The translations under genes were made by a program, and so were the position numbers. A model generated the notes under the pieces. That model was given only the letters and a program-made list of their open reading frames with translations, was not told where the DNA came from and made no database searches. Shown one piece after another: positions 50,986 to 64,000 of a stretch of DNA of 64,000 nt. Within the stretch, counting starts at the first letter, position 1. The number at the start of each line of letters is the position of its first letter. The DNA comes from Anolis carolinensis (Eukaryota), in assembly GCF_035594765.1 (NCBI RefSeq), contig NC_085841.1:266878525-266942524 (forward strand), given 5' to 3'.

Positions 50986-52206
50986 TAGGGCTGTGTGACT
51001 GATGAACAGAATGTTCAAAACTCATTACAAAATTAGGGGGCACCGGTGTTTAGTTTCTAAAGTGTTTCTAAAGTATTTTTAGTGAAATTTTTATTACTAT
51101 AACAAGAATAACTAAATTTTGATACCTTTTCATTACAATTGCACAAGTGGGGAAACTTCAGGGGCTCTTTTCTAGCTCATTTTTACATCTATTGGGGTGA
51201 AACTTGCTAAAATGGTAGAACACATTCACCACTGTTAGCTCCTTAAGTTTCAGAATATTTGGCTTATCCACAGATTTTTCAGGAATTTTCAAAGTTTGGA
51301 TAAACAACATTTAAAAAAACTACAAGAATTATATTCTTGAATTTTATATACAACGACACAAGATAACAGGGGATCATTCCTCCCAACTTTCAGAAATATT
51401 AATACATCTAATGATTTTAGGGACTTTTAAAAAAGTTTTGACAAAAACTTTTTAAAAGAAAAACCACAACAGCTTTTGTTGAGTGTCATTGATTGCCTCA
51501 CGTATTAATCAATAGAACTTCCATTTAGGGATTTCTTCCCAGCCCAGTACTGAGATTTACTTATGTATCTGTCAGTCCTCCTTTTTGCAGATTCAACAAT
51601 TTATTGGAACTCTGGCTAGCTGCTGCTATGGAGGGACAAATCTTCCCTATTCTGATTGGGACTTTCTGATGCTGAGCTGTGTTGTTTTGTTGATCTGTGT
51701 TGTTTTGGTTACTATTATTACTATGTATATGGTATTTTTGTTGTAAGCCACCCTGAGTCCCTTTTGGGAGAGGGATACAAATAAAGTTTATTATTATTAT
51801 CATGAGCAGAATTCTAGGAAATATAGTTTAGGGAAGGGCCTTTTGAATTCTCTGGCATATGGCTCCCCATCTTGCCAAACTACATTTTCCAGAATTCTGT
51901 GCTTTCTCAGTCTCTTTCCTAGCAAACTCTGCTTTCTCCCTGCTGTTTCCCTCTCCTAAAGATGAGAGGCCATTAATTTAAAGAGGAATGGCAGCTTTTG
52001 TGTCTTTGTTTGCTTGTGCTGAAAATGAAACTCACTTTGGAAGGTTTCAGAAGTTTATAAAATTCAAACAGAATAGTATTGGGTAAGTTTTGATTCTTCC
52101 GTTTTTGGCGCAGGTCACACGCAAGTGATGAATATTGCATCGTAAGTATGAATTTAACAAATTTGATCTGACTTACGAGGATTAACGATAATTTTGTACA
52201 GCTCTA
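50986..52206. mobile_element. Non-autonomous hAT-like element (TAGGGCTGT ends) with internal L2 tail
   Basis: TAGGGCTGTG / rc TAGAGCTGTA; 6/8 TSD GTGTATCT/GTGTGTAT; L2 tail at ~51680-51800. Confidence 0.55.
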
Positions 52207-52757
52207 GTGTGTATGTATCCTGATTTTCTGGTTCTGTTTGTCTGTCAGTCTATCTATCTATTTATCTATCTATCCATCCAGCCACCATCCATCTATTGCA
52301 CTAGGAAAGAGAGTTAATTTTGATGTTGCTGGTGATGAATGATGTATAAAGCATGTAAATATTTCCCAGGTCAACACATATACCCTCCACCTTTTATGTC
52401 ATGGAAATTGGGCATTGGCAGGGACCATTCCATGCACTGAATCTTCCAAGGATCTTCACAGTTTATGACTTGTTATTTGCAAAATTGTATTTTGCTATGC
52501 AGAAAATAGTATTCCCTGCCAGGAAAGAAACTGCAGAAGTTTGGCAACATGACATTTTTTGATAGAGCTGAATAAATTGGGTACTTTGTGCAAAATTTGA
52601 AAATTTGATTTGCACAGAAAATAGTACTTTTTGTACATGAAGCATTTTTTCTATACAGAAAATATCTCTATGTTGAAATATCATTTTCTGTCCAAAAAAT
52701 GCAGTTTCCTGAGCAAAACAACCATGGTCAGTTTTGTGTAGAGTAAGACCTGAATTA

Positions 52758-53083
52758 GGGAGCCCCGGTGGCGAAGCGTGTTAAAGCACTGAGCTGCTGA
52801 ACTTGCAGACCAAAAGGTCCCAGGTTCAAATCCCAGGAGCGGAGTGAGCACCCGCTGTTAGCTCCAGCTTCTGCCAACCTAGCAGTTCGAAAACATGCCA
52901 ATGTGAGTAGATCAATAGGTACTGCTCCAGCGGGAAGGTAACGGTGCTCCATGCAGTCATGCCGGCCACATGACCTTGGAGGTGTCTATGGATAATGTGG
53001 GCTCTTCGGCTTAGAAATGGAAAGGGGGAAACCTTTACTGGACATGACTGGACTTAACGTCAGGGGAAACCTTTACCTTTACC
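52758..53083 (+). mobile_element. Sauria SINE
   Basis: GGAGCCCCGGTGGCG...GGGGAAACCTTTACCTTTACC; TSD TAAGACCTG..ATTA at 52744 and 53084. Confidence 0.92.
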
Positions 53084-53105
53084 TAAGACCTGTAAAATTA
53101 TTTCT

Positions 53106-53108
<3 letters not shown>

Positions 53109-53151
<43 letters not shown>
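53109..53151. repeat. (TA)n microsatellite
   Basis: Direct reading. Confidence 0.95.
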
Positions 53152-53155
<4 letters not shown>

Positions 53156-53878
53156 TACTGTGCTTTCAGCCATTAAAGGCCTTTAGAGCAGCTTACAAAT
53201 CATTTATCTGATATTTCCTTGACCTCAGTCTTACAATCTAATTAAGGAGTCACTGGCAGTTTAGAGGGGATTAAATCCAGTAGAAACTGCTGGTACATCT
53301 CTCTCCATGACCAGGGCAGAGGCAGTTGGGATGGATGGCAGGCTTTTCATCTGCTTCTGAATCTAGACATGATAGAGCTATGCCTGCCTTTTCTTCTCTC
53401 CCCTGGTCCATGTCATGGCCTTCTGGACCACATTGCAAGTGGGGAAGCCCCATCTGAAGAGGGCTACCATTCACTTGAAAATACCTGCTTCTCTTCTGAC
53501 TTGGTGGAATGCTGCCAAGGAGAAATCTAAAACTGAGGAGGAAGCTGGTTCCTAGCCCTGGGAGGAAGCCCTCCAATGCTTGGGCTCCAGGTCATTATGA
53601 AGACTTACATCTCTACCTAATTCTGATTAGCAGTCAGGACTGATGCACATATTTCTGAATTCCTTTCAGTTTAGACCTAGGACCTCATCACATGGAGCTT
53701 GAGAAGCTTTGGTGAATATCTGTCTAACAAAGGGAATAGTACATTAAATTCCCAATTGTCCCATTTCTAGCTCTGTCTTCCCAGCATACATTACTCTCTT
53801 CAGGTTTTCACCTGTGGTTACACACGTTTGGAACCATCACACAAGGAATCCTTTTCTTTGTTCCCTCTGTGTTACTTT

Positions 53879-56433
53879 TTTTTGAAATTATTTTATTAAT
53901 TATTTGACACAAATAATCTAATATACAATCAGAAAATATACATTCAAAAATAATGAAATGTGTCTAGATCTGTACTCAAATGGCAACTTGTGCAAAATAA
54001 GTATAACATACTTTACCATTCACTCGAATTCAAGACATTTTCAAAGCAAAATCCATGCAAACTATTCCTAACGAGAATTATTGGTTACTATGTTTTAGGA
54101 AAAACAGTTTCCATCTGGATAATAGCAATAATGCCACCAGCTACTTCTCCCCCCCCCCCCCCATATCATATGCAAAAATCCTAATGTGATTTTTTAAAGA
54201 AACTCCTTGTAAGGCGGGGAATATATCTTCATGATTAAGAGAATTTCAGAATATGTCTCAATACGTCATAATATCACATTAATAAAAAAATAACTCGATA
54301 AGAATGAGAACAGGCAATAAAATATTTTCTTGTGATTTGAGCTTTCTGGCTGTATACACAAGAATAGATATAAAAACCCAATTTGCATACATTAAAAAAT
54401 GTTTAAAATCATAATCAGATGTTTCATTAACATTATTCCAACATTTTAAACCTTTTCAGGAATCACTTATTTCTAATTTTGTAACATTCCAACTTGTCCA
54501 AATAGCATTACGTATTTCTTTTTCTTTAAATATTTTTCCCTTTCCCTCTTCTTTTTTTCTTTTTCCTCCGTCCCTTCCCTTCCTTGACAACAACACATAA
54601 TACCTTTTCTGAACACAAACGTAACATTCATATCTCAAGAATTCTGCCATAATCCATATACTATAGAAAAGAAAGTCACTTCAAATAGTTCCAAAGGATT
54701 CTTCCTCATATCTTTCTTCAGAAGGAAATTAAACAATGTGATGAAAATGTAGACTTTATAATAGTCAAACTTGAAACCCCCACGTTGAAATAGTATTTCC
54801 TTCTAAAAACCCTTTGAAGGGTTCCCGGTCTTTCCTAAACTCCGAAAGGTCTTCTGACTGGAGATATCCTGTCAGAATGTCCATCTCAGCCACCTCCACC
54901 ACTTTCATGATCAATTCCTGGTATTTCCTCCAATTTTCAGGCTCGTGCATAAATGATTCTTGCAGCAGTTATTATCAAGATGAAGAGTTTATTGTGTGAC
55001 TTCAGCAGTGATCTGTCTGTTATTCCTAGTAGGAATATGGAAATTCCAAGGGTAGCAAAAGATGGCCAACATATGTGGAAATACTCAAGAAAACAGGAGG
55101 TAACCTCCAACTGAAAACAATGATAGAAATAAACCATCAGGGCTATAACATGAACTAGTTTGAATATGCACAAATACACCAACAATATCAAAAAGGTGTG
55201 CAGACAGGACTTGAAGAAGAAAATACAGATTTTGACAAGATATTTCAATAAAAAAACTATCTAAGCTCTACACTCTCCTGTTAAAATTACACACAGAAGA
55301 TGAATATATCAAGGAATGTATGGTAAAATGGGCCAAAAACATTGGCCGCTCGATCAGCTTAGATGAATGGGAACCTCTGGAGAGTAAATATAAAAATTTT
55401 CAGAAGCTATTCACTTCTGGAAAATTTCTATAAAATGTTTTCTCAATCCTAGATGACACCTGTTAAAATAGCCAAAATGCAGCCACAATTAAAAAACACT
55501 TGTTGAAAATGTAAACAAGAACAGGATCATTTTTCCATATGTGGTAGTCTTGCAAGAAGGCAAAAACTTTTGGATTGAGATCCATAAAACTACTGAAAAA
55601 AATGCTATGTACAAATGCTACATTCAGCAAAGGACAAGAGGGATCCTCTCACCATTGCAGGAGTCTAAAATACACCATGCAGCTGTGGACAAGTCTACAT
55701 AGGGACTACCAAACGCAGCATTGCCCAAACATGAATCAAGGAACATGAAAGGCACTGCAGACTAAATCAACCAGAGAAGTCAGCCATAGCAGAGTACTTG
55801 AAGAACCAACCTGGACACAGCATATGATTTGAGAACAAAGAAATGCTGGACCACTCTAACAACCACCATGTCAAACTACACAGAGAAGCCATTGAAATCC
55901 ACAAGCATGTGGACAATTTCAACAGAATTGAGGAAATCAAGAAAATGAACAAAATCTGGCTACCAGTATTTAAAAAAGCTCTAAAATCAGAACAGTAAAT
56001 AAGGAAACAACATTCTGAAAAAAACAGAGGAATTCCAGACATGAATTAATCAGGGGCAGTTAACACCTCTGAACAAAGGATTCCCCCAGGAAGGAAGAAG
56101 CCAGGACATGAAGCTGACAAGGCCATTAATGCTAATCAAGGTGATTAATTACAACATTCACAGTGGCCTCCAACAGACAAGAGTTCTTTCTCCCACCCTG
56201 GACCTTCCACAGATATATAAACCTTCCTTGCTTAGTTTTTCCAAATTACCTCACAACCTCTGAGGATGCCTGCCATAGATGTGGGTGAAATGTCTGGAGA
56301 GAATGCTTCTGGAACACGGCCATACAGCCCAGGAAACTCACAACAATCCTGTGATTCTGGCCTTGAAAGTCTTTGACAACATATTGAAAAAATATTAAAG
56401 CTAAAAATACCTATGCTCCCAGAAATATTCCTG
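53879..56433 (-). mobile_element. L1 LINE 3' portion with 5' inversion (minus 53879-55038, inverted plus ~55039-56433), interrupted by Penelope
   Basis: Minus: IFLLGITD..KLFILIITAARIIYARA..KVVEVAEMDILT, 3' UTR, AATAAA and A-tail; plus: KLYTLLL..ECMVKWAKNIG..C.KC..HMW.SC..KILKLKIPMLPEIFL; 12-bp TSD CTGTGTTACTTT at 53867-53878 and 56434-56445. Confidence 0.85.
55612..56380 (+). mobile_element. Penelope-like (Poseidon) 3' fragment: GIY-YIG endonuclease + pLTR
   Basis: SAKDKRDPL..AGV*..PCSCGQVYIGTTKRS..IKEHERHCRL.QPEKSAIAE..HREAIEI...WLPV; pLTR with mutated hammerhead at ~56257-56297; possible TSD TA(C/T)TGAAAAAA at 55591 and 56382. Confidence 0.9.
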
Positions 56434-56563
56434 CTGTGTTACTTTAAAAAATATCAGGGAAAACTTCAATATCTGAAAGCCAAGATTTATAGACTTCATC
56501 CCATTTTGGGGGGGGGGGGGATTTTTAACCCCTTTTCCATGATAAATCTTTCCCATGCCTTCC

Positions 56564-56783
56564 TTCCCTCCATTATATCAGTGCAATTATAAATTCCTTT
56601 GCCACGATCTCCTCTTGCAAGGCATTAATTCCCTTCATTATACCTGTGTAATTTTAAACCCCTTTGCAACAATCCCCCAATGCTTTGCTTCACTTCATTG
56701 TACCAGTGTAATTATAAATCACTTTGCAGTGATCTCCTCCTGCTAAGTTTTCTTTCCCTCCATTAGACCAGTGTAATGTTAAA
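56564..56783. repeat. Degenerate 60-65-bp minisatellite (~3.5 units)
   Basis: Units TTC(C/A)CT(C/T)CATT..AC/TCAGTGTAAT.ATAAA..CTTTGC start at 56564, 56629, 56689, 56754. Confidence 0.8.
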
Positions 56784-56957
56784 AAACTAGCAAGAGCACA
56801 ATTTCAAGCCAAGATTACTATTAAGGAGAAAATGCAGTGAAAGCAAAGTGGTGAGGAAGACCCATTTGTTTAAGTCACTGAAACGATTCAACACAGGTGA
56901 ATCTGTCAGATCTTATCAGATGTGTTTTTTGGCGTTAGCAACAGTTCTGGCACATGC

Positions 56958-57160
56958 TAGGGGCTCAGAACACAATGTCTCACTCGTGTTCTGAATTCCC
57001 TCCTTTCAGCACACTTCAGCTCCATTTCAGGGATAAAAGGCAACAGATGACAGCTGGAAATAGGCAAAAATCATCTGATGGACTCCGTGCCACTTCATCC
57101 TTGAAATGGACCTGAAGTGTCCTACAATGGGGGAAATGCTTCATCTGTTGAGGTCCCTAG
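56958..57160. mobile_element. Old foldback MITE
   Basis: CTAGGG ends; internal IR ACACTTCAGCTCCATTTCAGGGAT / ATCCTTGAAATGGACCTGAAGTGT. Confidence 0.55.
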
Positions 57161-59354
57161 TCAGTCACAATTCACTCAGGTTTTCTTGGAATATGCTTTT
57201 GCACATGTAAGCAATATATGTAACATCTTTTGTAGGCAATTTCTAACAATAGGTTTGTGAATGTCCATACTTAAAACTTAGAACAAATACTGGTATGTGG
57301 AAAGTCTCAGGTTCTGTTTCTTGGGTTTTCAAATAGAATTGGAAATAATGGCCAGAATCCTGTTGGGAGGTTACAAATATCTGTATGTAACATACAGTTG
57401 TGCATTCTTAACAGATACATATTCACCATGAAAGTCCTCAAAACTCCACATATTAGTAAGCAGCCATTGAAATCAACAAGATGTCCCCTTGCTTGGCTTC
57501 CCCTTCCCTGCATGAGGATCTCCAGCACAATGGAGACTTGTGACAGGTGTCTCTTTTCTGCTTCTTGAACCAGAGATCACTCCTAGCAGATGCTTCTTGG
57601 TTGATAATGGGGGAATGGACTGTCATTGATCTCAGCAGTTGCTTGCTGGTAAGTGGGATTATGATGTTGTGTGGTACTCAATATATAGGATTCTGCTGGT
57701 TCTCTGTGTGAAATGTTGAAAACTGTAATCTGAAAACGTGATGATGATCCAGATTCTGTATAGGTTTCTAATTGGCTTGTGCATCGACCTTCAGTATAGA
57801 CAGATGAGGCCATGGAAACCTGGTAATACTGTTTCATTTTTCCCCCTTAAATAAAATTTTAGATGCTGACTACGAGATGCTGAGACTTTTAGTTCAGTTT
57901 TTCATGGTGTGCCAGAAACTATTGGGATTCCCATTCATCTAGCTTGGGTTAAGCCTTTTCTTTCTTTATTCCTCACCTCCTTTAAAAAAACACAGTTGTG
58001 AACTAATAGCTAACCTATCATGGAATTATGTTATTATTTCATGTTCAGACAAGACAAAATTTCCAGAAAACATTAGCAACCAGGCTTTGCTCAAGAATGG
58101 GGGTGACCTTCTTGCCCAGCTTCCAGTCAGCTAATAAAATAATCTAGCTGTCTCTTGGGGTAGCGGAAGGGATGAGATGCTGGTTTGCAGGACTGCAGAT
58201 CATTCCAGAGGGTGGGAGGATGTATTCAGAGCAGAATTCAGAAACATTGTTGGGAAATTTCATTAGGAAATCAGATGAGTAATTTGTGTTTATTAGAAAG
58301 TGGTAGAAGTCAGGAATAGGAAAAATATTCATGCTCTATTATGTCAGTTGTTCCTCATAAGACACCAGTTAGCTCATGCTCTCCCTTGTTCTGGGTTATC
58401 TCAACTAGTTGAGCTATTAGATTTTGTTCGTTAGAGGATGTATGGTCCTTGGTCTTTCATAGTTTCCCTTTTTCTTACAGTACCCAATGCACATCTTTAC
58501 CGAGCATGGATTCTTGCTATAAATCAGAAGTGCTTTCATTGTGTATTCTTACATGGCAGAAGATGGGATTGGATGGTCCTTGTAGTCTTTTCCAACTCTG
58601 ATTTTATAAAATTCCAGACTTCAAAATGATTATCTATTTGGACTACAGCTCCCAGAAGCTCCCAACTAATGGCCATGCCAGTTCTGGAGATTTGGAACTT
58701 CTGAGTATTATAATCCAAAAAAAAGTACTTGTTAAAGCTCTTCCCCATGATAATTGATTTATCTATTAACTCTCATTTAAAGCACTAGTGCTTGCTGTAA
58801 TTAGCAATTATGTATAAGCATCCTGGCAATTGGCATTGAATTAGTGCTGTACTAGCAGGTAGGGAAACAATGCACAGTTGGATGCCATATCTCCTTTGCT
58901 CTCTGTGGGCCAGATGACATTACAAGTATTGTCATGCCCACCAATGTCATTGTTAGGTCCACCAGATGGAATGTCTCCAGTTTAGCCTGGAACCCATCAC
59001 TGTTTCTCACTTCCCTTTGCAGAGAAGGGTGGAAGACGCATACTCAGTTGGCACACGCAAATGTTGGTTGAGAAAGGCATTATTACTCCATTTCCTTCTC
59101 TGATCTGGGAAGAGGGAGGAGAAATGTAGGGCTGTGAGACAATACTTGCAGGTTCTGGCCAAGAACAGTCACCTCAGTGTAGTGTTTCTTCCAGGATTAT
59201 GATGAAACACAATGTACATGGGGAACCCGTACATTTATCTTTCAACACTGATTGGATTTAAAAGTGGTAATTATTCTTAGTCAAGGCATTTTTCTTAGTT
59301 CAAGTGATAATAAGAGGGATCTATAGTCATTGTCGGCCATGACAGAATAAAGAC

Positions 59355-59545
59355 TATGTGGTGTTGTGGTCTGAGCACCAGATTATGAAATTGGAGAGCA
59401 GGGTTTGAATCCCCACTCTGCCATGTAAGCCCACTGAATGATCTTTAGCAAGTCATGGTTTTTCAGTCTCAGAGGAGGGCAAAAGAAACTCCCCTCTGAT
59501 CAAGTCTTACCAAGAAAACTCCATGATAGGTTTGCTTTAGGGTCG
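59355..59545 (+). mobile_element. tRNA/CORE-type SINE (Squam3/MIR-like)
   Basis: A box TGGTGTTGTGG, B box GGTTTGAATCC, CORE-like GCAAGTCA..TCAGTCTCAG; relatives at ~24520-24655 (-), ~29730-29850 (-), ~61410-61520 (+). Confidence 0.65.
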
Positions 59546-60257
59546 AAACAACAATGACCCTAAGACAACTTTCTGTAACTTGAAACCAGTGAAGCTAAAT
59601 GAAACCCACTGACCATGCATTTTATCCTGACAAGTATTTCATCTTCCCACCAGCTGTTTGCAATTTCAGATATGCAATAAAATCAAGAAGATTAGTAACT
59701 TTCTCAATGGGCGCTCAAAGTTATGAAGCACCTGTATTTGACTTACGTTACGGATTGTGAAGTTATTCTAACTTTACTTTGCCAGTGACTCTTCAATGCA
59801 TCTTTGGGTCACCCAGGGGCCATTTCATGCTATGAGTGCACTAGTCCCCCCAGACAAAAATGGGCATGTGCAGAAGGCCACTTGTTTTTAGAAATAAGAT
59901 GGGAGGCCCCTCCTTAAAAACAACATAAAGATACAGACCTTATTCCAGGGGACAATCACATGAAGGCTTCTGGTGACATGACACCTCTCTCTCTCCCTCC
60001 CCCCCCTCTCTTACTAAAACATATCTGTGGACCTCACAAAGCATCCTTAATTGATGCTACATGTTTAAAAGTCACATCATAACATTTAATTTCATGATAA
60101 GTTGGAAGTCAGATAAATTTCCATTCATGCCATATTTTTTTTTTGATTTCTTTTATGAAAACAGTGGTTCCCACAGACCTAAGGAATGCAGCAAAATGGT
60201 CAGCCCTATCCTCTAGAGTGGTTGGGAATTGTGCAGCCCATGGCATGTTGTTTGTTT

Positions 60258-60355
60258 GGCCGTCTATCAGGGGTGCGTTGAATGCAGTTTTCCTGCTTCT
60301 TGACAGGGGTTGCACAGGATAACCCACGAGGTCTCTTCCAACTCTATGTTTCTAA
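60258..60355 (+). mobile_element. CR1 3' tail
   Basis: GACAGGGGTTG...GAGGTCTCTTCCAACTCTATG is the reverse complement of the 19920-19990 tail. Confidence 0.8.
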
Positions 60356-60480
60356 GTCCCATCAACTTTTGGAATTCCAAGAATTAAAGAACAATCATGG
60401 CTGGGGTATTCTGGGAGCTGCAGTTCAAAAGTCTGACTTTTAGTTGTGATGTTTTCAATAGTTTGGTAACTGTAGTAAAA

Positions 60481-60513
<33 letters not shown>

Positions 60514-61200
60514 TCATTTTCAGCTGTCATGCTGGGTGGGGGCTTTGAGAGTTATAGTCCAAAATTGACTGTTTATTCTTGTGAGAGGAATCTGGGAAGA
60601 AGAGTCTGAAAAAGCACCTCTAAACAATGGCCAATATAAACTTTATCATGTATCATATAGTTTACAATTAAGGATACAAGTATAAGTAACATCCCATCGA
60701 ACACATTTTATGCTCAAGGGCTATAGGGATTCCCTGCAAACCAAACATCTTTTCATCCACTGCCTCCAACTCACTATTATCACTAGATGGCAATATATCC
60801 CTATACAGGTTACTTATTCCCAAACTGGCAGCAGAAAAGTAAAATCCTAATTCATCTGCTACCAGTCATGACACTTTTGTCTCATAGTAGGTAGACTTGA
60901 GCCAGGTTCAAATGGGCATGAACAGCCATTTTTCAGGGTATGATTAAAGTCATTGTCCAGAGGGTTGGTGTGCCATCCTATAAGACAAAACCAAAGTCCA
61001 TATCACTCATGAGGCATACGTGATGAAGAGAGGAAAGCCCTTTTATCCAGTGATCTTTTGATTCAGAAGCAGATCAATTGTTGTTTACCAATTTACCAGT
61101 TTGCTATATTTCCAAGAGCTGTCTCAATATAAAAGTTTCAGTTATTTCAAGGGCTGAAAAAAGTATTTACAGTTGAGCACTAATTCTTGTAAGACACCCA

Positions 61201-61404
61201 GGGTATATCTACATAGTGGAATTAATGCAGTTTGACACCATTTTAACTTCTATGGCTCAGTGCTATGGAATCCTGGTATTCCATAGCATACCAGCACCTT
61301 TTGGCAGAGAAGTCTAAAGAGCTTGTAAAGCAGCAACATCCATAATTCCATCGCATTGTTAAAGTGGTGTCAAACTGAATTCATTCTACAGTGTAGATGC
61401 ACCC
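61201..61404. mobile_element. Harbinger-like MITE
   Basis: TIRs GGGTATATCTACATAGTGGAATTAATGCAGTTTGACACC / GGTGTCAAACTGAATTCATTCTACAGTGTAGATGCACCC. Confidence 0.75.
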
Positions 61405-62159
61405 TCAGTCTGGTAAAGTGGTTTGAGTGATAGACCAGGATTGTGGGAAACCAGGGTCTATATCCCTACTCAGCCATGGAAACCCACCAAGTGACTGGGC
61501 AAGCCATATCCTCTTAACCTTATCAGAACCATATAATTATAAGAGTTGGGAGGGTCTCCAAAAGCTATCTAGCACAGCTTTCTGCCATTTAGGAATACAC
61601 AACTAAAGCACTTCACAAAAGGTGGCCATCCAGCTTTTGTTTAAAGATCTTTTTAAAAAAGGAGATTTCACACCATATGAGGCAAAATTTTATAAATAAA
61701 GCTTACCAAAAGCCCTTAGATAAGATTGCAATAAGCTAGAGTCAACTTGAATGCACATAACAACAACAATTTCTTAGTGCAAGTAGTTCTTCAGTCTACA
61801 GTACATGGCTCAACCACTGAGTAATACAGTGTTTGCAGCATTATACAGGTTATTTTATAGTCAAGCAAGGAAATAGAATGGAGCTGTTCTTCAGAACAGT
61901 TTAGTTCTGTTCCACATGCTATGTCTGTCAGCGACTGCTTCACTTAGTTCTGCACCAGATCATATAGATAAGCTCACCAACAGTCCTGGGACCCTTTCAT
62001 TAATACAGTGTGCTATGATTCCAGTATATTAGCCTGTGGAACCCTGGGATTCGAGTGAGGAGCATTCAGAATTCTCTCCTTCAGTCCCTTGTGTATATAT
62101 TTGTTTTCAAGTTCACCTGTCAGCCAAATGTTTTCTTAAGTAATGACTATCTTGCATTA

Positions 62160-62245
62160 CCTTCCTATAGCACCTGATATTATTTGGTAATTTCCCATTC
62201 AAGTATTCTAACCAGGGCTGTCATTACTTAGCTTCTTTACCAGAC
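62160..62245 (-). mobile_element. 5S rRNA-derived SINE head (decayed)
   Basis: rc GAAGCTAAG..AGCCCTGGTTAGAATACTTGAATGGGAA..CAGGTGCTATAGG resembles 5S A/C boxes. Confidence 0.6.
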
Positions 62246-64000
62246 TACAAATCCTAGAATTACATAGGATGCAGCTTTGCCAGTTAAAGTGGGATCATAA
62301 TGCTATACCTGTGTAGTGTGAAAGGGCCCAAAGACTTCCTGAATTTCTTTTACTTTTTCTTCTCTCATGCTTGTGTTCAATTCAAGCATATAGCTTAAAA
62401 AATAACAAGAAGGAAAAATAATGATGGTGCCATTAGCATGACCCATCTAAATATGTGACATGTTAACTACATTTTTTTTTATTTACACAGTAGTGTGCTC
62501 TATCTATCTCAGACAAGGATAACAATTCTGGTCTCTTTTCCCCCAGTTGTCAATCTTTCCCCATTCAGCCTTCCAGGCTATTATATTGCAACCACCACCA
62601 AGCTATGACCCTTCCCTAAATCCTGAATTAGACTCAGATTTTAGAACCTGCTTGATCCTCTTCTATTACAGGAAAATTTAATGGCTATTTTTTCCCAAAA
62701 TCTGGAAGGAAAGAAGGGAGCCAAATCAATATTTAAGAGATTAAGCTGCACTGAATAATGTAAATTTTTCTCGATACACATTGACATTCAGAGAAAATGT
62801 GCCTTTTGTAAGAATGTGTGGGGTTTCCTAGTGCTTTCTTTGGAAAATTTCTAGAAAGGCCTAGAAGAATCAGCTGCAGATATATGATTATTATTTTTTT
62901 TTAAAAAAAAAATCTACCCAGACTGAGTTCACCTCACAAATGCTAAAGTAAAGGTTAGAGTTATAATAATTTTTAATTTGGGCACTTGATCTTTTTCTCA
63001 AAGATTAGCTGTGGCCCATGGCTACTACTGAGACAAGACATCAAACTAGATGGACCAGTGGTCTGGTCTCTCATGAAAAAGTTGAAGTTCTTTGAAACTG
63101 ATGAAGGCACTTCCAAACCACAAATTATTTCCAGAAACTAGAGGGAGAACTTTGGTGAACGAGAAAAGGGAAGGACTGCACATGGCAAGCTAGCTGCAGA
63201 AAGGGGAGAAATCCTTTGAGATGAAGTCATTGAGCAGAAAACAAGCTGCTTCCAACCCCCCTTTTACCAGCACAGTTGGGGTAGGAAGCTACATGAATTC
63301 AGACATGTAAGGATCAGTCACTAGTAACGCTGGGGCTCAAACAGCAGAACCTTGAAGCATAAGGTGCTTTGGGGAGTACATTTACTTTTTGCCTATCTCT
63401 CATATATTTTGGCATGTGGACTCTGTTCCAGTGCCAGTTTAAAGACACCTTTTTCACAGAAAAGATAATTAAAATCATTGCTTTATCAGGTTTGCCCGTT
63501 CACTAAACTTTGCTTAACTTGTGCAACTCCCCCTGCCTCCTCTTTTTGGCCTTCACCTTTGAGCATTATTGATTAGCTGGTACCTGGTTTGGCATTTGAT
63601 CCCAGCCTTTGTTAGATCTTTTGCTTTCCAGTTTAACAAGTGGTCTATGTTAGCTCTTTGGAAATTTTGTTCTCGAGGCACATGGGAGCAATGCCACTAA
63701 GTTTCCTGGTACAAGTTGTCTTTAATGGTTGGAAGATGAGAAATGCACATATGTTTTACCTCGAAGGGTTGTTTTTTTTTTTTTGTATTTAGATGGACAC
63801 TCTGTATAAAGATTATCTCCCCATGGAAAAGAGGGTATTATGATTTGAGAGATCTGGATTGGCCTACTTCTTCACATTCATATTTCAGTGTCTAGGAGAT
63901 GTAGGAATATCCCATTAGGCTACTCATTTTAAATCTGAAACGGTGCCCCTGTATGCTTACTGATCTTCTGAGGAATGCCATGGAGGAATGACTTGGCCAC

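Noticed and set aside
56564-56783. CRISPR-like spacing of repeats
   Set aside because: Vertebrate DNA, whole units are homologous (no unique spacers), no cas genes
57583-57837. Possible host exon (84-aa minus ORF; CTG/GTAAGT donor on plus at ~57648)
   Set aside because: No recognisable homology and no consistent splice-site pair

Overview
Eukaryotic, apparently non-coding DNA from a squamate reptile, most likely an Anolis lizard. This assignment is inferred from the co-occurring repeat families: Sauria SINEs, Anolis-type L2-tailed SINE, 5S-derived SINE, BovB, R4/Dong, Penelope/Poseidon, and OC1/SPIN-like hATs. No host protein-coding exon was recognised. Every ORF with recognisable homology is a decayed retrotransposon (BovB, R4/Dong, CR1, RTE, L2, L1, Penelope GIY-YIG). 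The window is a dense, nested transposable-element landscape with microsatellites, many palindromic MITEs and a few candidate regulatory motifs (CTCF, RFX). Highlights: (1) a near-perfect 210-bp Penelope foldback carrying minimal hammerhead ribozyme motifs on both strands; (2) an L1 with a twin-priming 5' inversion and intact TSD, later hit by Penelope; (3) composite hAT elements carrying captured TE fragments; (4) several templated-insertion or template-switch scars. Family names come from recalled consensus features, not database searches. I found no evidence for a wholly new multi-gene system.
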